Positions 36,796-49,504 of a stretch of 64,000 nucleotides of DNA are shown piece by piece. The DNA lies in assembly GCA_013239625.1 (NCBI GenBank), contig MU056050.1, positions 5,589,366 through 5,653,365 of the forward strand. Direction: 5' to 3'. The notes beneath the pieces were generated by a model. It saw only the letters and a list, made by a program, of their open reading frames with translations, was not told the origin of the DNA and did not search any database. Within the stretch, counting starts at the first letter, position 1, and each line of letters opens with the position of its first letter. Position numbers and translations under genes: made by a program. The DNA comes from Lama guanicoe. Lineage: Eukaryota.

Positions 36796-37899
36796 TTTAA
36801 AACAGTTCAACATTTTGGGGATAGAGAAATGAACTTCAACATGAACATCTACATACATTTGAAAAATAATACTATATTAGTATCTGAGTCATGCTCTTTC
36901 ATCAATCTGTAACATACAGTCTGTGCACAGATTAATGTATACTCTGCAATCACTCTGAATGGTCTGAGATTGACAATCACTGAATTTAAAGAACATTAAA
37001 TCTAGTAGTAGCAAGTAATGAGTTAGACATGCTATTTCATCAATTTACAGGCACTTCTGATGATACATGTATTTCCTTCTGAAAAATTCATGCTACTGTA
37101 CCACCAGGGACCTAGATTAGTAGAGAGGAGGGGTCTGGCTCAGAGAAGACACATTCTCACTTCTAAAAAATAAAGAGCTAAAAGTTAATTTAATTATTTT
37201 AAGCTTTAATTCAAATGGCAGCAAGAATTTTTCTTTCTCTAATGTAAAACATAGTGAGTGTGTACTATGTGCTGAGGCTTCCTAGCATAAATATTAGAAA
37301 CAAGGCACAGATATTGGTAAGTTTACATGGCTATCACACCAAAATTGAAAATTTTTTTGTACCTATATATCTTTTAAGTCCTGTTTACCTGATTTCTAAA
37401 ATCAAGGAACGTTGGTTGAACACTGTATAATTGTGAAGGCAAAATTTGTATTAAGTACAGAAACCACTGTTTCATTCATCAGGATTGTTTCCAGAGTGAT
37501 TGATGACTTTACAAAGCATCCAATTCCATTGTTAAACAAGTCAGATAATTATCAAGTCTTTAGCCTCTGAAAAGTTTCTTCTACTATCTACTTGGGACTA
37601 AATTATAACCAACGGCTATCTATGAATTCTGCACTTCTCTAATTTTGCCATGGCACAGATGATAACAATGCAGTCAGAAAATAAAGTGGAATAAAAGAAG
37701 GGGAAAAAGAAAAATAAAGTGATGTTACATATTTGGTTCAGGAGGGAATTAAGAACAAAAATATTTAGTTAAATTAAATATTTGGCATAATGAAAATTAA
37801 ACTCCTAAGAAAGGCATTGAGGAGATGCCAAGATTGTAAATCCATCTCCTTCCCTTTCATCCCAGCATTTGCCACTATATACTCTAGTCTACCACTCAT

Positions 37900-38392
37900 T
37901 CATATTTATCTTTCCACTCATGTGACTTGCTAACGTAATTTTCTCTGCATGACATGCCTTTCTCTAATTTCTGCATACCTAAATTCAATTCACTCTACAA
38001 GGCCTAGTTTAAATGCTTTTGGATTCATGGAATCTTCCAGATTAAACAAACAGAAGTATCTTCACATTTCACTGCATTCTCCCCCACATTCCTTTATATG
38101 TATCTCCTCCACAGCACATAGAAAATTTTATGGTATATCCCAGGCACACGTGCATGTTATTTGGTCTTTCCTGTCAGAAGTTTTTAGGATGAACACCATT
38201 TTTTCCCTTTGTTTTGACCCACAACTACAATGAGTTAAAGTAATCACTTGTCTCATTTAAAGGAAAACTGTCATCATGAGTTCAGGGTTCATACCAAATG
38301 TGCCTTTGTATACTCAACAGTGCCTTGCCTATGGTCCTGCCTACAATATATATTCAAAAAAGTTTTCTTGAGTGAATCAATGAAATGAGTAA
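37900..38392 (+). mobile_element. L2 3' relic
   Basis: aaggcctagtttaaatgc..; cagtgccttgcctat..; terminal ttgagtgaatcaatgaaatgagt. Confidence 0.55.
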
Positions 38393-39271
38393 GTAAAATT
38401 TGTGAATTGACTCCACTAACAATATACCCCTTATGATTACTCACTGATTCTCAAAACTTCTTGGAGACTTTCTCTCCAAGTTAGGGCAGACTACTTTCTG
38501 ATTAACGTATCTTCCTGTCAACAACAAATAGAAAAGAAAAAACGATAAATAATCTATTTGAAGAGACTGAAAAATTGTTATGACAATAAAGATTTGAGGG
38601 TCTAAGATTTCCAAGGAAAAAGTAAGAACAAAGAGTTGAATCCAAAATTAAGTTCTACTTTTCCCTTTGAGGTACTTGCCACTTTTTTATAAACAGGAAG
38701 TAAATGAAACAGAATTCGGTGGTTGGCAGGTTGCAGAGATATACTAAGCTTTCAAAAACCCCATGGAGTAAGAGAGCTACAAAAAATAGTGTTCACACCC
38801 TGTCAAGGAAGAACAGTCTTAGAAGGCATGCCTGTCATACAGCTGAGACCCCTGCAAGGCTGGCTACTCTCTAGTAATAAGGAGAAATCAGAACCAGTCT
38901 AGCACTCACAAGGAATGAAATACATTTTTAAAATATGCTCAATTCTAGACTTGATTAAGGTGATCTTGCCCTTCCTTAATTATCCAAGTAAACGTAAATC
39001 ATCTCTGAAGGAAGAAAATACTTGCCATACTCTTAAATTATGGCAACAATTGTAAAACAAAAATTATTACATTAAATGCAAAACACTAGGCATATCAAGA
39101 AAGGATAAAATGATCAAAAAAAGTAATAAAAAGAGGAGAAAGTAGCACAGAAGAGATATAATTTAGAAACAAAAGCTATGTATCTTTTAAAAGTATGTGA
39201 AAAGCTAGAGAAGTTTAACAGAAAACTGTAGTTAAGAAAGAATTAAATGTAAAATATAAAACTGAGAAAAT

Positions 39272-39598
39272 TGAATTTATTTACAGAAAAGAGACAGACT
39301 CACAGACATAGAAAACAAACTTATTGTTACCATGGAGGGGGAAGTAGGAAGGAAGAGATAAATTAGGAGTTTGAAATTTGCAGATACAAACTACTATATA
39401 TAAAATAAACAAGTTTATACTGTATAGCACAGGGAACTATATTCAATATCTTATAGTAACTTATGGTTAAAAAGAATACGAAAATGAACATATGTATGCT
39501 CCTATATGACTGAAGTATTGTGCTGTACACCAGAAATTGACACAATATTGTAAACTGACTATACTTCAATAAAAATAATAAACTAAATTTTAAAAAAT
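39272..39598 (+). mobile_element. Young L1 3'UTR fragment nested in the old L1M
   Basis: acagactcacagacatagaaaacaaactta...tgtaaactgactatacttcaataaaaa; homologous to 1120-1420. Confidence 0.92.
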
Positions 39599-41091
39599 TA
39601 CACATTCAATGAATGGGTCTAGTCTCAGAGCAGAAAAGAACCAACTAAAAGGATAAGTAGTGAACTGGGAAATAACTCAGTAGATATGATCCCATATATC
39701 AGAATCACAAAGAGAGAGAGAAAGATTAAAGGTATAGAAGAGAAAATAATGGATGTAAAGGACACAGAGAAAAGAGCTAAAAAAGTGTAATCAGAGAGCA
39801 GAAGGGAGAGAGAATAGGACAGAATAAATATTTCAACATATACTAAAGAAGAATTTTGCCAGTTTTGTTACAAATCACAAGCAGAAAAAATATAATAAAA
39901 ACAACACGTTGGCACTGCACAGACTAAAGACAATGAGAAAAATATTAAAACAGAATAAAAAAATCACATAGCTTTCAAGAAGGCAACAATAAGATTTATA
40001 ACTACCTTCTCAAAGTAACCAAGGTAACGCAGAATAGAATGAAACATCAAATCTAGGAATGTATACCTAGTGAAAATATCTTATTCAGATGAAAGTGAAA
40101 TGGATAAACTTTCTGAATACCAAAACTGAGAAAATTTTTCAGATAATTTGTAGGCCATGCTGAAAGAAATTTTAAAAATATAGACACTTAATAATGATAA
40201 AGGACCCTCCCTATGCATAAAAAAGATGTAACAATCCCAAAATGTTAGTGCCCAATTCTTTATATAAAGAAAAAATATACAGAACAAAAAGTGATAGATA
40301 TCACAATCAAAGAGAAAGATTTCTAACCTTTCTTAATGACTAATAAAAGCAGCAGCACAAAATCAATAGTAACATATAAGATGTAAGTAATATGATTGAA
40401 TATCTTGACCTAATTGGCATATTAAACAGCACTACACCCAGCAACTGAAAAACACTCATTCTACTCAAATATAAAAGAAATATTAATCAAAATTGGATAG
40501 GCTACACTGTATCACAAATCTTAATATTTTTCAAATTACTGAAATCACATGAAAACATGTACTATGGCCACAGTGTAATGAAGCTGAGAATAAACAACAA
40601 ATGATAACAAAAAAACCCAATAAAAATTAAGCAACACACTTCTCAATATCCCATGTGCTGAAAAAGAAATCACAATGAAAATTGTTCAATGAAAATTGAA
40701 GTGTTTTGAATAAATAATAAATACATCAAATCTTGTAAGATACCTTTAAGGCCATGCTTAGGGGAAAATTTATCATCTTAAAATATTGTTAAAAAGAATG
40801 AAGCCTAAAAATCAATTCACTATCTCAAAAAGATAGTAAAAGAACAGCAACACAAATGGAAACCAAGTAATAGGAAGAAAAGAATGAAGATAAAAGCAGA
40901 ATTTAATGAAACAGAAAACAAACATACAATGGAGAGGATCAACAAACCAAAAGTCAAAAAAAAAAAAAAAAAAAAAAAATAATAAAATTGATAAACACCG
41001 GTAATGCTTTTGAAGAAAAAGTAAGGAAGTACAAATAACCAATATCAGAGCATGAGGATAGTAAAAAAAAAAAAAAATTACAAAATGATTT

Positions 41092-41637
41092 CAGTGGTTT
41101 TTAAATGCCCACAAATTCTTTGATGCTTCTCCCTTGAAGAGGTATGTTCAAGTCCTCCTCCGATTAGGTGTGGACTGGACTTATTGATTCAAATTTACCA
41201 AAGAGAATGAAGGGGAAGTGTCGGTGTGCAACTTTGGAGAATAGATCACAAAGGTACTTCAGTTTCCCACTTCTTCTCTATCCTGAATTACTTGGTCTGG
41301 AGTAAGATAGATGCCAAGTCATAAAGACACTCACCTATGCAGAAGCTAGGAACTGGGGCTTCCAGTCAACAGCCAGTGAGGAAATGATACTTCCTGCCAA
41401 CAGCCATGTGAGTGAGCCCTCTTGGAAGTGGATCCTCCAGCAGGAGTCAGGCCTTAAGATGATTGCAGCCCCAGCTGATGTATTGACTGCAACCTCATGA
41501 AGACACCTTAAGCCAGGAACACCCAGAAACACTGCTCCCAGTAATGTGACCATCTGAAACGATAAATAATAAATTTGTGTGTTTAAAGACGCTAACTTTT
41601 GGGGTAATTTATTATGCAACGATAAGTAACTAAAACA
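41092..41637 (+). mobile_element. MaLR MLT1F-like solo LTR
   Basis: ccacaaattctttgat..ctccc; cagccatgtgagtgagcc.tcttggaagtggatcctccag; ttttggggtaattt.ttatgca..gata..taactaaaaca. Confidence 0.88.
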
Positions 41638-43731
41638 AGGGTATAAAAAACATTGATAAAAATTGTAAAATAAGTGAAATTTTACATTAAAATTAACATT
41701 TAAAAACTTCATATTGGCACAAGAGTAAGTATTTGATAAATCTTAATAAACATTAAGGAAACTAAACCTGTAATGACATTTCAAAGATCAAGTCAAAAAA
41801 CATCCAGGAGGAGATGAATTCAGAAGTGAACTCTTTCAAAAATTAAGGGAAAAAAGTATCCATTCATAAATATTTCTAAGGAATTAAACAAAAACTATTT
41901 CTCAACTGGTCTTATTAGACAACAATTACTGAGATACCAAAACCTGGAACAAATTTTAACAGAAGGAAAAAATATGTGGATTCTTTTTGATGAGCACATA
42001 TGCAAATTACCTAAACAAAATATTAGCAAATTGAATCTAAGAATTTTAACAAAGCATACTATAACAAGATAAACTGGTTTTACCCTACAATACTTGTTTA
42101 GTTAATATGAAAAAGTCAAACAATGTAATTCTTCACTGTAACAAAAGAAGAAAAATTATATGATCATGTCAGTAGATAATGAATAAGCATATTATACAAC
42201 TCAACATCCATTCACAACAATAATTTTGAAAGACATTTAACAAAGTGATAGAAGGCAACATTTAAAATTGTTCAGATATATAAAAATAAAGAAAAATTCA
42301 TATTTAATAGTAAAATATTGAAAAATTAATTAAACTAGAATTGAGAATAAGATAAGGATACCTATTACGACTAAGTACATGCAAAATTATGCTTGAGTTC
42401 CAGGACAATATAGGAAGTTTTTTAAAAAGTGTAAGTGCCAAGGAAGAGGAAACAACACTGTTAATATTCTCAGGCAATATGAGTGGGTAACATAGAAAAC
42501 CCAATAGCCTATAGCTAGAAAATTAGAATTAATAACTAAGTGTAGTCAATTCACTGGATACAGCATCAATATATTAAAAGAAACATTATATTTCTACATA
42601 TTAGAAATAAGACATTAGAAAATGTAATTTTTAGAAGGTATCATTCTGTTTTTATAAAAATTTACAAATAGATAGCATTCATGATACCATCAAACATATC
42701 AAATACCTAAGGATAAATCTTTTAAAATGCATGATACTTCAACACAGAAAACTACATACCAATATTGAATGATATCAGAGAATTCTAAATAAAAGGAGGA
42801 ATATATCAGAGTCATGGATTAGAAGACTCCATATTTTAAACACAACAATTACGTGTAAATAATGTTATGTTTTAAATGAAATCCCCATCAAAGCCAAGCC
42901 TAGCAGGTTTTTGGGTTGTGGAACTTGGCAAGTTGGTTCTGACAGTTTCATATAAAGGCAAAGGACCAAGAATAACTGAGACAATTTTTAAAAGAAAACA
43001 AAAATTGGAGAACTTATATTACAAGATATTAAAACTCATCAAATGACCATATTTAAGACAAAGGGTTCTCTATAAATGTAGAAAAAGAGAAAACTCACAG
43101 TAGAAAATCCAGAAACAGATCCACATAAAGGAATCTGATTTATGTCAAAGGCAAGATGACACATCATTAACTGGATAGATGACAGACTTTCCAAATAAGT
43201 GGAAGGGATCAATTGGTCATATATGTGAAAAACTGAATATTGACTTTTATCTCATACTATACAAAAATTAATTCTAGGTAGATTGTTCATATAAATCTAA
43301 GAGGTAAAACAGCAAAATCTTTAGAGTGTAACACAGGACAGAATCTTCAAGAGTTTAATTATCAGATATATTCTAAATAGGAAACATAAAACATCAAGGA
43401 AACATTGATAATCTGGACTTTATTAACACTAAGAATATCTGTCATTAAAAAAAAGCATTAATAGAGTGAAAATGCTACCCAGTGTATGAAGAAAGATTTT
43501 AAAATTCATTTATCTTATTAAATACTCATACACAAAATACATAAAGACTCCTACAATGCAGTATGTAAAAAGTGGACAACCCAATAGAAAAGTGAGTACA
43601 TGAATGGCTGGTGAAAAGATGAGAGACACTCACATTCATTAATTAGGAAGGAAACATAAATTAAAACCCCAAAGAGATACCATTAAACACATATATCAAA
43701 ATGGCTCTAACTAAAAACTGCTATGACAATA

Positions 43732-44320
43732 TCTCAAATGATTAAAAACAGAATTACCATACGATCCAGCAATTCTGCTTCTAGGGATATATGCAAAAGA
43801 ACCGAAAGTGGGAACTCAGATATTTGTGCATTCATGGCAGCCTTATTCAGAATAGCCAAAGGTAGAAACAACCCAAATGTCCAGTGATGGATGAAAGGAT
43901 AGACAAAATGTGGTGTGTACATGCAATGGAATATTAAAAAGGAATGAATCCTTAAAAAGGAATGAAACTCTAATACATGCTACAATATGGATGAACTTTT
44001 AAAACACTATGCTAAGGGAATTAAGCCAGACACAAAAGGACATGTCCTTTTGTGATTCTATTTATGAGAACTATCTGGAATAGTCAAATTTATACCAATA
44101 GAAAGCAGAATAGTGGTTAGCGGGATGTAGCAGGAGAGGGCGCTGTGGAGATACGGTTTGAAAAGCAAAGAGTTTCAGTTTGGGATGATGAAAATATTCT
44201 GTGTATGGATAGTAATGATGGGTGCAAAACAATAAGAATGTATTTAATGCCACTGAATTGTACACTTAAAATGGCTACAATGGTAAATGATATACATATT
44301 AAATTAAAAAAATAATTTTT
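43732..44320 (+). mobile_element. L1MB-like 3' end nested in the old L1M
   Basis: cagaattaccatacgatccagcaattc...agagtttcagtttgggatgatgaaaa...gccactgaattgtacacttaaaatgg. Confidence 0.88.
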
Positions 44321-45153
44321 AAAAAGACTTCAAATACAAAATGTTGGGGAGAATGTACATCAACTGGAATGCTCATAAACTTCTTGTGGGAATATGAGTT
44401 GGCACAACCACTTTGGAAAAATGTTTGCAATATTTATGAAAGCCGAACATAGGCATTCTCTATAAAGAATTACAGGGTTATCACCAACATAAACCAATTC
44501 CTGCTGTCTACACTAAGATGTATGTATCTCACATACAGTATTGAACAAAACAGTATATATCACATTATTCCATTTATATACAGTTGAAAAATAAGCAAAA
44601 TTTATCTATGACATTAGAAATCAGGAAATCAAGCTACTGGTTACCATGGGGTGGAGGGGAAGGAGTGACTATGAGAAGGCATGAGTGGTCTTGGGTGCTG
44701 GAAATATTCTGTTTCTTGATCTGATACTGGTTACTTTCAGAAAATTCATGGAGCTCTATGCTTACACATCATGCACTTTTCTGTTTCTATGATGCACTTC
44801 AATAAAAGTGTTTCTTAAAAATCAATCATCTGGCATTCTGAACATTCTAAAATGTAACCTGAACATTTCCTTTCATCTACCCAATCATGTAACAGAACAA
44901 AGGAGGCTTTCTAGAATTCTTTCCTCAATGGAAACAGCTGAAATAAGCCAAGGCAAAATCACTTGAAAACCACCAATCTATTTCTAACTTTGGAGCAAGT
45001 AGCAGATTTTACATGCCTGTGGACTTAGCCACTCACATTTGACCTTAAGCAGTATCACAAGGACATCTTGTCTCAGCAGGCAATAAACTATCAAATTTTT
45101 ATGCTATACGTTTGTGATGAAGCTAAATTCAGTCAGTCACAAACTAAATCTGG

Positions 45154-45197
45154 TGTGTGTGTGTGTGTGTGTGTATGTGTGTGTGTGCTGTGTGTGT
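45154..45197. repeat. (TG)n microsatellite
   Basis: Direct reading. Confidence 0.95.
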
Positions 45198-46893
45198 TAG
45201 GATATGGGGCAGGACATTCAGGAACAAGGAAACAAAACCACTTTAATTCTCGCAGTTTAGATAGGCTTACAACATCCTCAGGGTTAACAGTGAGGACAGG
45301 GCATTTATTTTTTAAACATCAAACAACAGAAATTTTGTATGATCAAAGAAAATGATTGGACCTCAATCCAATTAAATCTCTTTTGCTTTTCTATGAACTT
45401 TTGTTTAGAAAAATGACAAGTATTTCTACGAAATTCGGGCTTTGTATTTCAGAGTTATCCTCATCGTAAATTAAATGATCACATGGTCTTCTTTGTAGCC
45501 TAAACTCTCTTGAAGAATCGAGAAAAACCAAATCAAAGAGGAGTGAATAAACTTTTTAAAAGGTGAGGAGTACACAAATCAAGAGAGGAAAAGCGGGGAA
45601 TAAAGGTAAGAACAATGAAGAGAACCCGTCAAGAGGAAAAGAGGAGAAATTAGGAGAAGAAAGAGGACACTCGGTGAAGAGGAAAAAGAGAAAGGAAATA
45701 AACAATCAAAGCAGTGGGAAAAGAACAAAATAAAGGAGACCAGTGGGAAGTAAACGGACAGAAATCTGGATGTCAAATGAGACAAACACAGAATAAACTG
45801 CAAAGTAAAATTCCAAATCACAAAGTTTTTCACACTTTACAAAGGAATTGTCATAAAAAAAAAAAAAACAGCAATTCCAACATGTCCAGCCCCACTACGA
45901 AACACAAAGCTCTATGCCCACTGCACTCTTCCACTTATGCTACACATAAGAAACCAGTAAGGCACTCAAGAATTAGACATGAATAACTCTCACAATCTGA
46001 GCTCACAAAACATTCTTAAGGGACGAATGATACACTAACAATTCACAATGTCTTCCTTCTGAAACCAGCAAATTCACGTATCTAAGAGTAATGGCAAAAG
46101 AGATAAGCACAAAAACATTACAATAGGTTAAGTTCCTTCAAAAAGAGCTTCAAATTTTGAAAGGAAAGAAGAAAAGGGGGACTTTTACCTCTCTGCCTTT
46201 CATTTGAGTTCACTTCCACTATCTCATTTCGTATAAAGAAAATTCAGCTTAGAATGTGAAGTCCCAACCCCTGAACAAACGTAAGTAAGTCATTATTGGC
46301 CTTATAAAAGTGATTTTCCTGTTTACAAAGTAATTCATAGGAAAACTCTTTAAACTGTGAATTTAAGCGTTGGTTTATAGATTATTAACTGCTTTGCAGG
46401 GAGGCTGAGAGCTAAAACTTAGTCAGTATCCTGTGAAGACCAATTCAAAATAAGGATTAATGACTATAGAAATAACAATGAAAATCAACAGTAAAAAAAA
46501 AGAAAAGAATAGAATTCACCAAAATGTTGCAAATGTCGTTTCAAAAACATGGGAATAAAATAACAAGGCAAGCTGCTGTAACCCATCGCTATGGGAGAAG
46601 AGCAGAAAAAGGAGAATGGGGCAGTCATGACGTGGCAAGGGAGAAAGAAAGAGACCAAGTTAGAAGTTTTAGAGAAAGAAAATATATCACAGTGCTACGG
46701 ACTTCTGTCAGCTCTTCATCTCTCTCTCTCAGGGCTGGCATTTTTTTGTAACTGCAGCGAAAGATCTTAACCAGTCCCACAGATATATTTACTCGTAGGT
46801 GAAATTTGGTGTGTGGGAAACAATTCAGTAAAGTTCAAGTGAAACCACAAAATAGACTTGGTCTTCAGTAATGTATTAGACATTTCTTGTTAC

Positions 46894-47190
46894 TTTTTTT
46901 TATTTTAATTATAGTTGATTTACAATGTTGTGTTACTTTCTGTCATAGAAAATAATGATTCAGTCATAATTATACATCTTCTTTTTCATATTATTATTAT
47001 AAGTTATTATAAGATACTGAATATTTTGTAATAACTTATGGTGAAAAAGAATATGAAAACGAATGTATGTATGTTCATGTATAACTGAAGCATTGTGCTG
47101 TACACCAGAAATTGATACAATATTGTAAACTGACTAGACTTCAATAAAAATATATTAAAATATATTGAATATAGTTCCTGGTTTTATATG
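46894..47190 (-). mobile_element. Antisense L1 3' tail fragment (host of a sense-strand insert)
   Basis: tatagttgatttacaatgttgtgtta...gttattataagatactgaatat, resuming agttcctg..tata after 47172. Confidence 0.8.
47025..47160 (+). mobile_element. Very short young L1 3' end
   Basis: ttgtaataacttatggtgaaaaagaatatg...tgtaaactgactagacttcaataaaaa; candidate TSD gatactgaatat / tatattgaatat. Confidence 0.88.
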
Positions 47191-47209
47191 CTTCGGGAAT
47201 TTTAACCTT

Positions 47210-47659
47210 TGTCACAGCCTCAGCTACCATCAGGACAAATTATTCCAGGTGGATTGTGACTTACTCCACGTGGGTAAAGCCGGTAACACCTATCCTGTTT
47301 TTCTGGGGCGTCACAATTTTTACCAGGGTATGAGAAATTAGAGATCTTTTCAGAACACAACTCCAAGTTATTATTTAGCTTAGACCAATGGGAGCTAGGT
47401 GCTGGAAGATGAATCATTTCCCATTATGTCCCTACATCTACTGTCAAGAGAGGTAGTTGCTGACACAGCTTCTCAGAAGACGGTCCAAGGAACCCGAAGA
47501 AGCTCTTGGTATCAAGTGGTGAGTGACCAGCTTTGCCCTTGTAATGGCTCACCCTCCTTCCTTGCCTCACCTTATCCCTCACCCCTTCTCCCTGAGATTG
47601 CACTCCCTAATTAAGAATCTGCTTCACGCTCTGCTTTCTGAACAACCCAGCCTAAGATG
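47210..47659 (+). mobile_element. ERVL (LTR33/LTR16-like) solo LTR
   Basis: Starts tgtcacagcc; ccctcaccccttctcctgagattgcactccctaattaa; ends ctctgctttctgaacaacccagcctaagat. Confidence 0.65.
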
Positions 47660-48605
47660 GCACTCAAAAATACTAAGATTCTTTGGGATTATATACTTAG
47701 GAAGCACAACAAACAAAGTGAGGAAAACAAGAGCCCCAGAGCGGCCCACCACTGAAGCGAAACTAAGACTCTCTTCATTGGTAGTTCTCCCTGATCTCAA
47801 ATGCTACGTTTAAAATTTTAACTGGTACAACCAATTGAGGAAATTAATCCATAATTTACTTCTTACTGTGTAAAACAGTTATTCAACTAAGAAACTCAAG
47901 ATTGGTACTACATATGAAACATATGCAAAGCATCTCTTTTGAGTTTTTCTTCCATTATGTGCTCCCCTTTCTTAAAGCCACTTGACTACAAGAACCGCAC
48001 CCTTGATACATTCCTGCCTTATTCCTAGTGACTTTATCTCCATCTTAGTAGTTTTAGCAACATCAGCCTAAGGCACTGTCTTGCATTTGCAGAACCTTAG
48101 AAAACAAAAGTCTTCCTTCAGAGTCCTAAATTTGTGTCTGCATCCCTGCTACCAGACTTCCTGATGCCTACCTGCGTGGGGAAATCTCTGACTATCAACT
48201 ACTTTGAGATTCTTGAGCATGATGCTTGATCAACTTTTTAGGATATCTCTATTACTTCATGCTAGAGAGCTTGCTTGTGATTGTGACCTGCTATCTACTC
48301 ATCAATAACATGTTGAATTGAGCCAGTCTGTTTTAGCTCCTCCCTCTCTGGCGCAATTCCAGCTGGAGTCATTGATATCTTACATCTAAATCTCATATCT
48401 GTCCGTATCTTGAACTAGTCCTGGCCTATGAAAACAATATATGAACTTTCGGAAACACAGAATCTGTCACACACATAGTCAGCCTTGAATGTCCATCTAT
48501 TCTCAAAATTTCAGTTTTCCCTTGCTTCCCTCAGAGTTGGTCAAAGCCAGACAACTGGACTTCTGCTTAATTTTTATCATCTACTTCTCTTTTTTTGTAT
48601 ATATA

Positions 48606-48810
48606 TTTTTTATTCAAGTCTAGTCAGTTTACAATGTGTCAATTTCTGGTGTAGAGCATAATGCTTCAGTCATACATGAACATACTTATATTTGTTTCCA
48701 TATTCTTTTTCCCCATAAGTTATTATATGACATTGAATATAGTTCCCTGTGCTATACAGTACGAACTTGTTGTTTATCTCTTTTATATATAGTAATTATT
48801 ATTTGCAAAT
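48606..48810 (-). mobile_element. Short young L1 3' end, antisense
   Basis: ttttttattcaagtctagtcagtttacaatg..tcaatttctggtgta...gttccctgtgctatacagta. Confidence 0.9.
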
Positions 48811-49339
48811 GGGGAGTTCGAGATTATCACCTATCTAAAGTCTCCATGAGGCCAGGATATTTCAACCTCCCTGGGCTGGCCGTACATATACATACTACTA
48901 GGAACCATAAAAGCATTTCCGAACTTGGTGTATCACCTGCTCCCTGGATTCTACATGCAATGCCCTATCCACCAGGATGAAATACTTTCAAGACTAATAC
49001 CTTTTAAAAACAAGCCCATATTCTCCACATCTCTTCGAATACTGTATTATACTGCCCAGTTTCCCTTGCATTGATCAGCCTCAAGAGTCACATTTTCCCA
49101 GTGTCTTTCCCCCACTAGTCCCAGCTTCCTCAGTCTTTGGTAGTCTGTCCCAGCATGCATCTTGGATCTGCCTGAATTGTGACAAATGGAGCTGAATCAT
49201 ACGTCAAGTAAGCACACAAGCTACTACAGGGTCTTCAAGAACTTGGTTTCTAGGAACTGAGGAAAAACATTTTACTCACCTTCTCTACCACATTTGTGAT
49301 ATTATTTACTCTTAGCTGATAATCCTTCAGCTTTATCTA

Positions 49340-49365
49340 TTTTGGGGAGTGGGGGCAATTAAGTT

Positions 49366-49418
<53 letters not shown>

Positions 49419-49504
49419 AATTTATTTAATAGAGGTACTGAGGATTGAACCCAGGATCTCAGGCATGCTAAGCACGTACTCTGCCACTGAGCTATATCCT
49501 CCCC
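49340..49504 (-). mobile_element. Vic-1 SINE (camelid-specific, tRNA-derived) with an expanded (AAAT)n segment
   Basis: Reverse complement reads GGGGAGGATATAGCTCAGTGGCAGAG..TGCTTAGCATG..TCCTGGGTTCAATCCTCAGTACCTC..(AAAT)n..CTTAATTGCCCCC; Pol III A box and B box present; flanking repeat cagctttat at 49328 and 49519. Confidence 0.9.

Larger units (their letters stand above)
38450..44815 (+). mobile_element. Old, heavily decayed L1M (MC/MD/ME-like) spanning 5' region to 3'UTR, with three nested inserts
   Basis: Collinear ORF1-, EN- and RT-like remnants (gagatgaattcagaagtgaactct, tcaacatccattca, catggattagaagactc); ends gatgcacttcaataaaagt. Confidence 0.8.

Noticed and set aside
45409..45475. Protein-like frame KNDKYFYEIRALYFRVILI after a tttag acceptor
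   Set aside because: Weak donor, immediate stop and no recognisable homolog
49430..49504. tRNA gene
   Set aside because: The tRNA-like head is followed by the Vic-1 body and tail and is flanked by a target repeat, so it is a SINE
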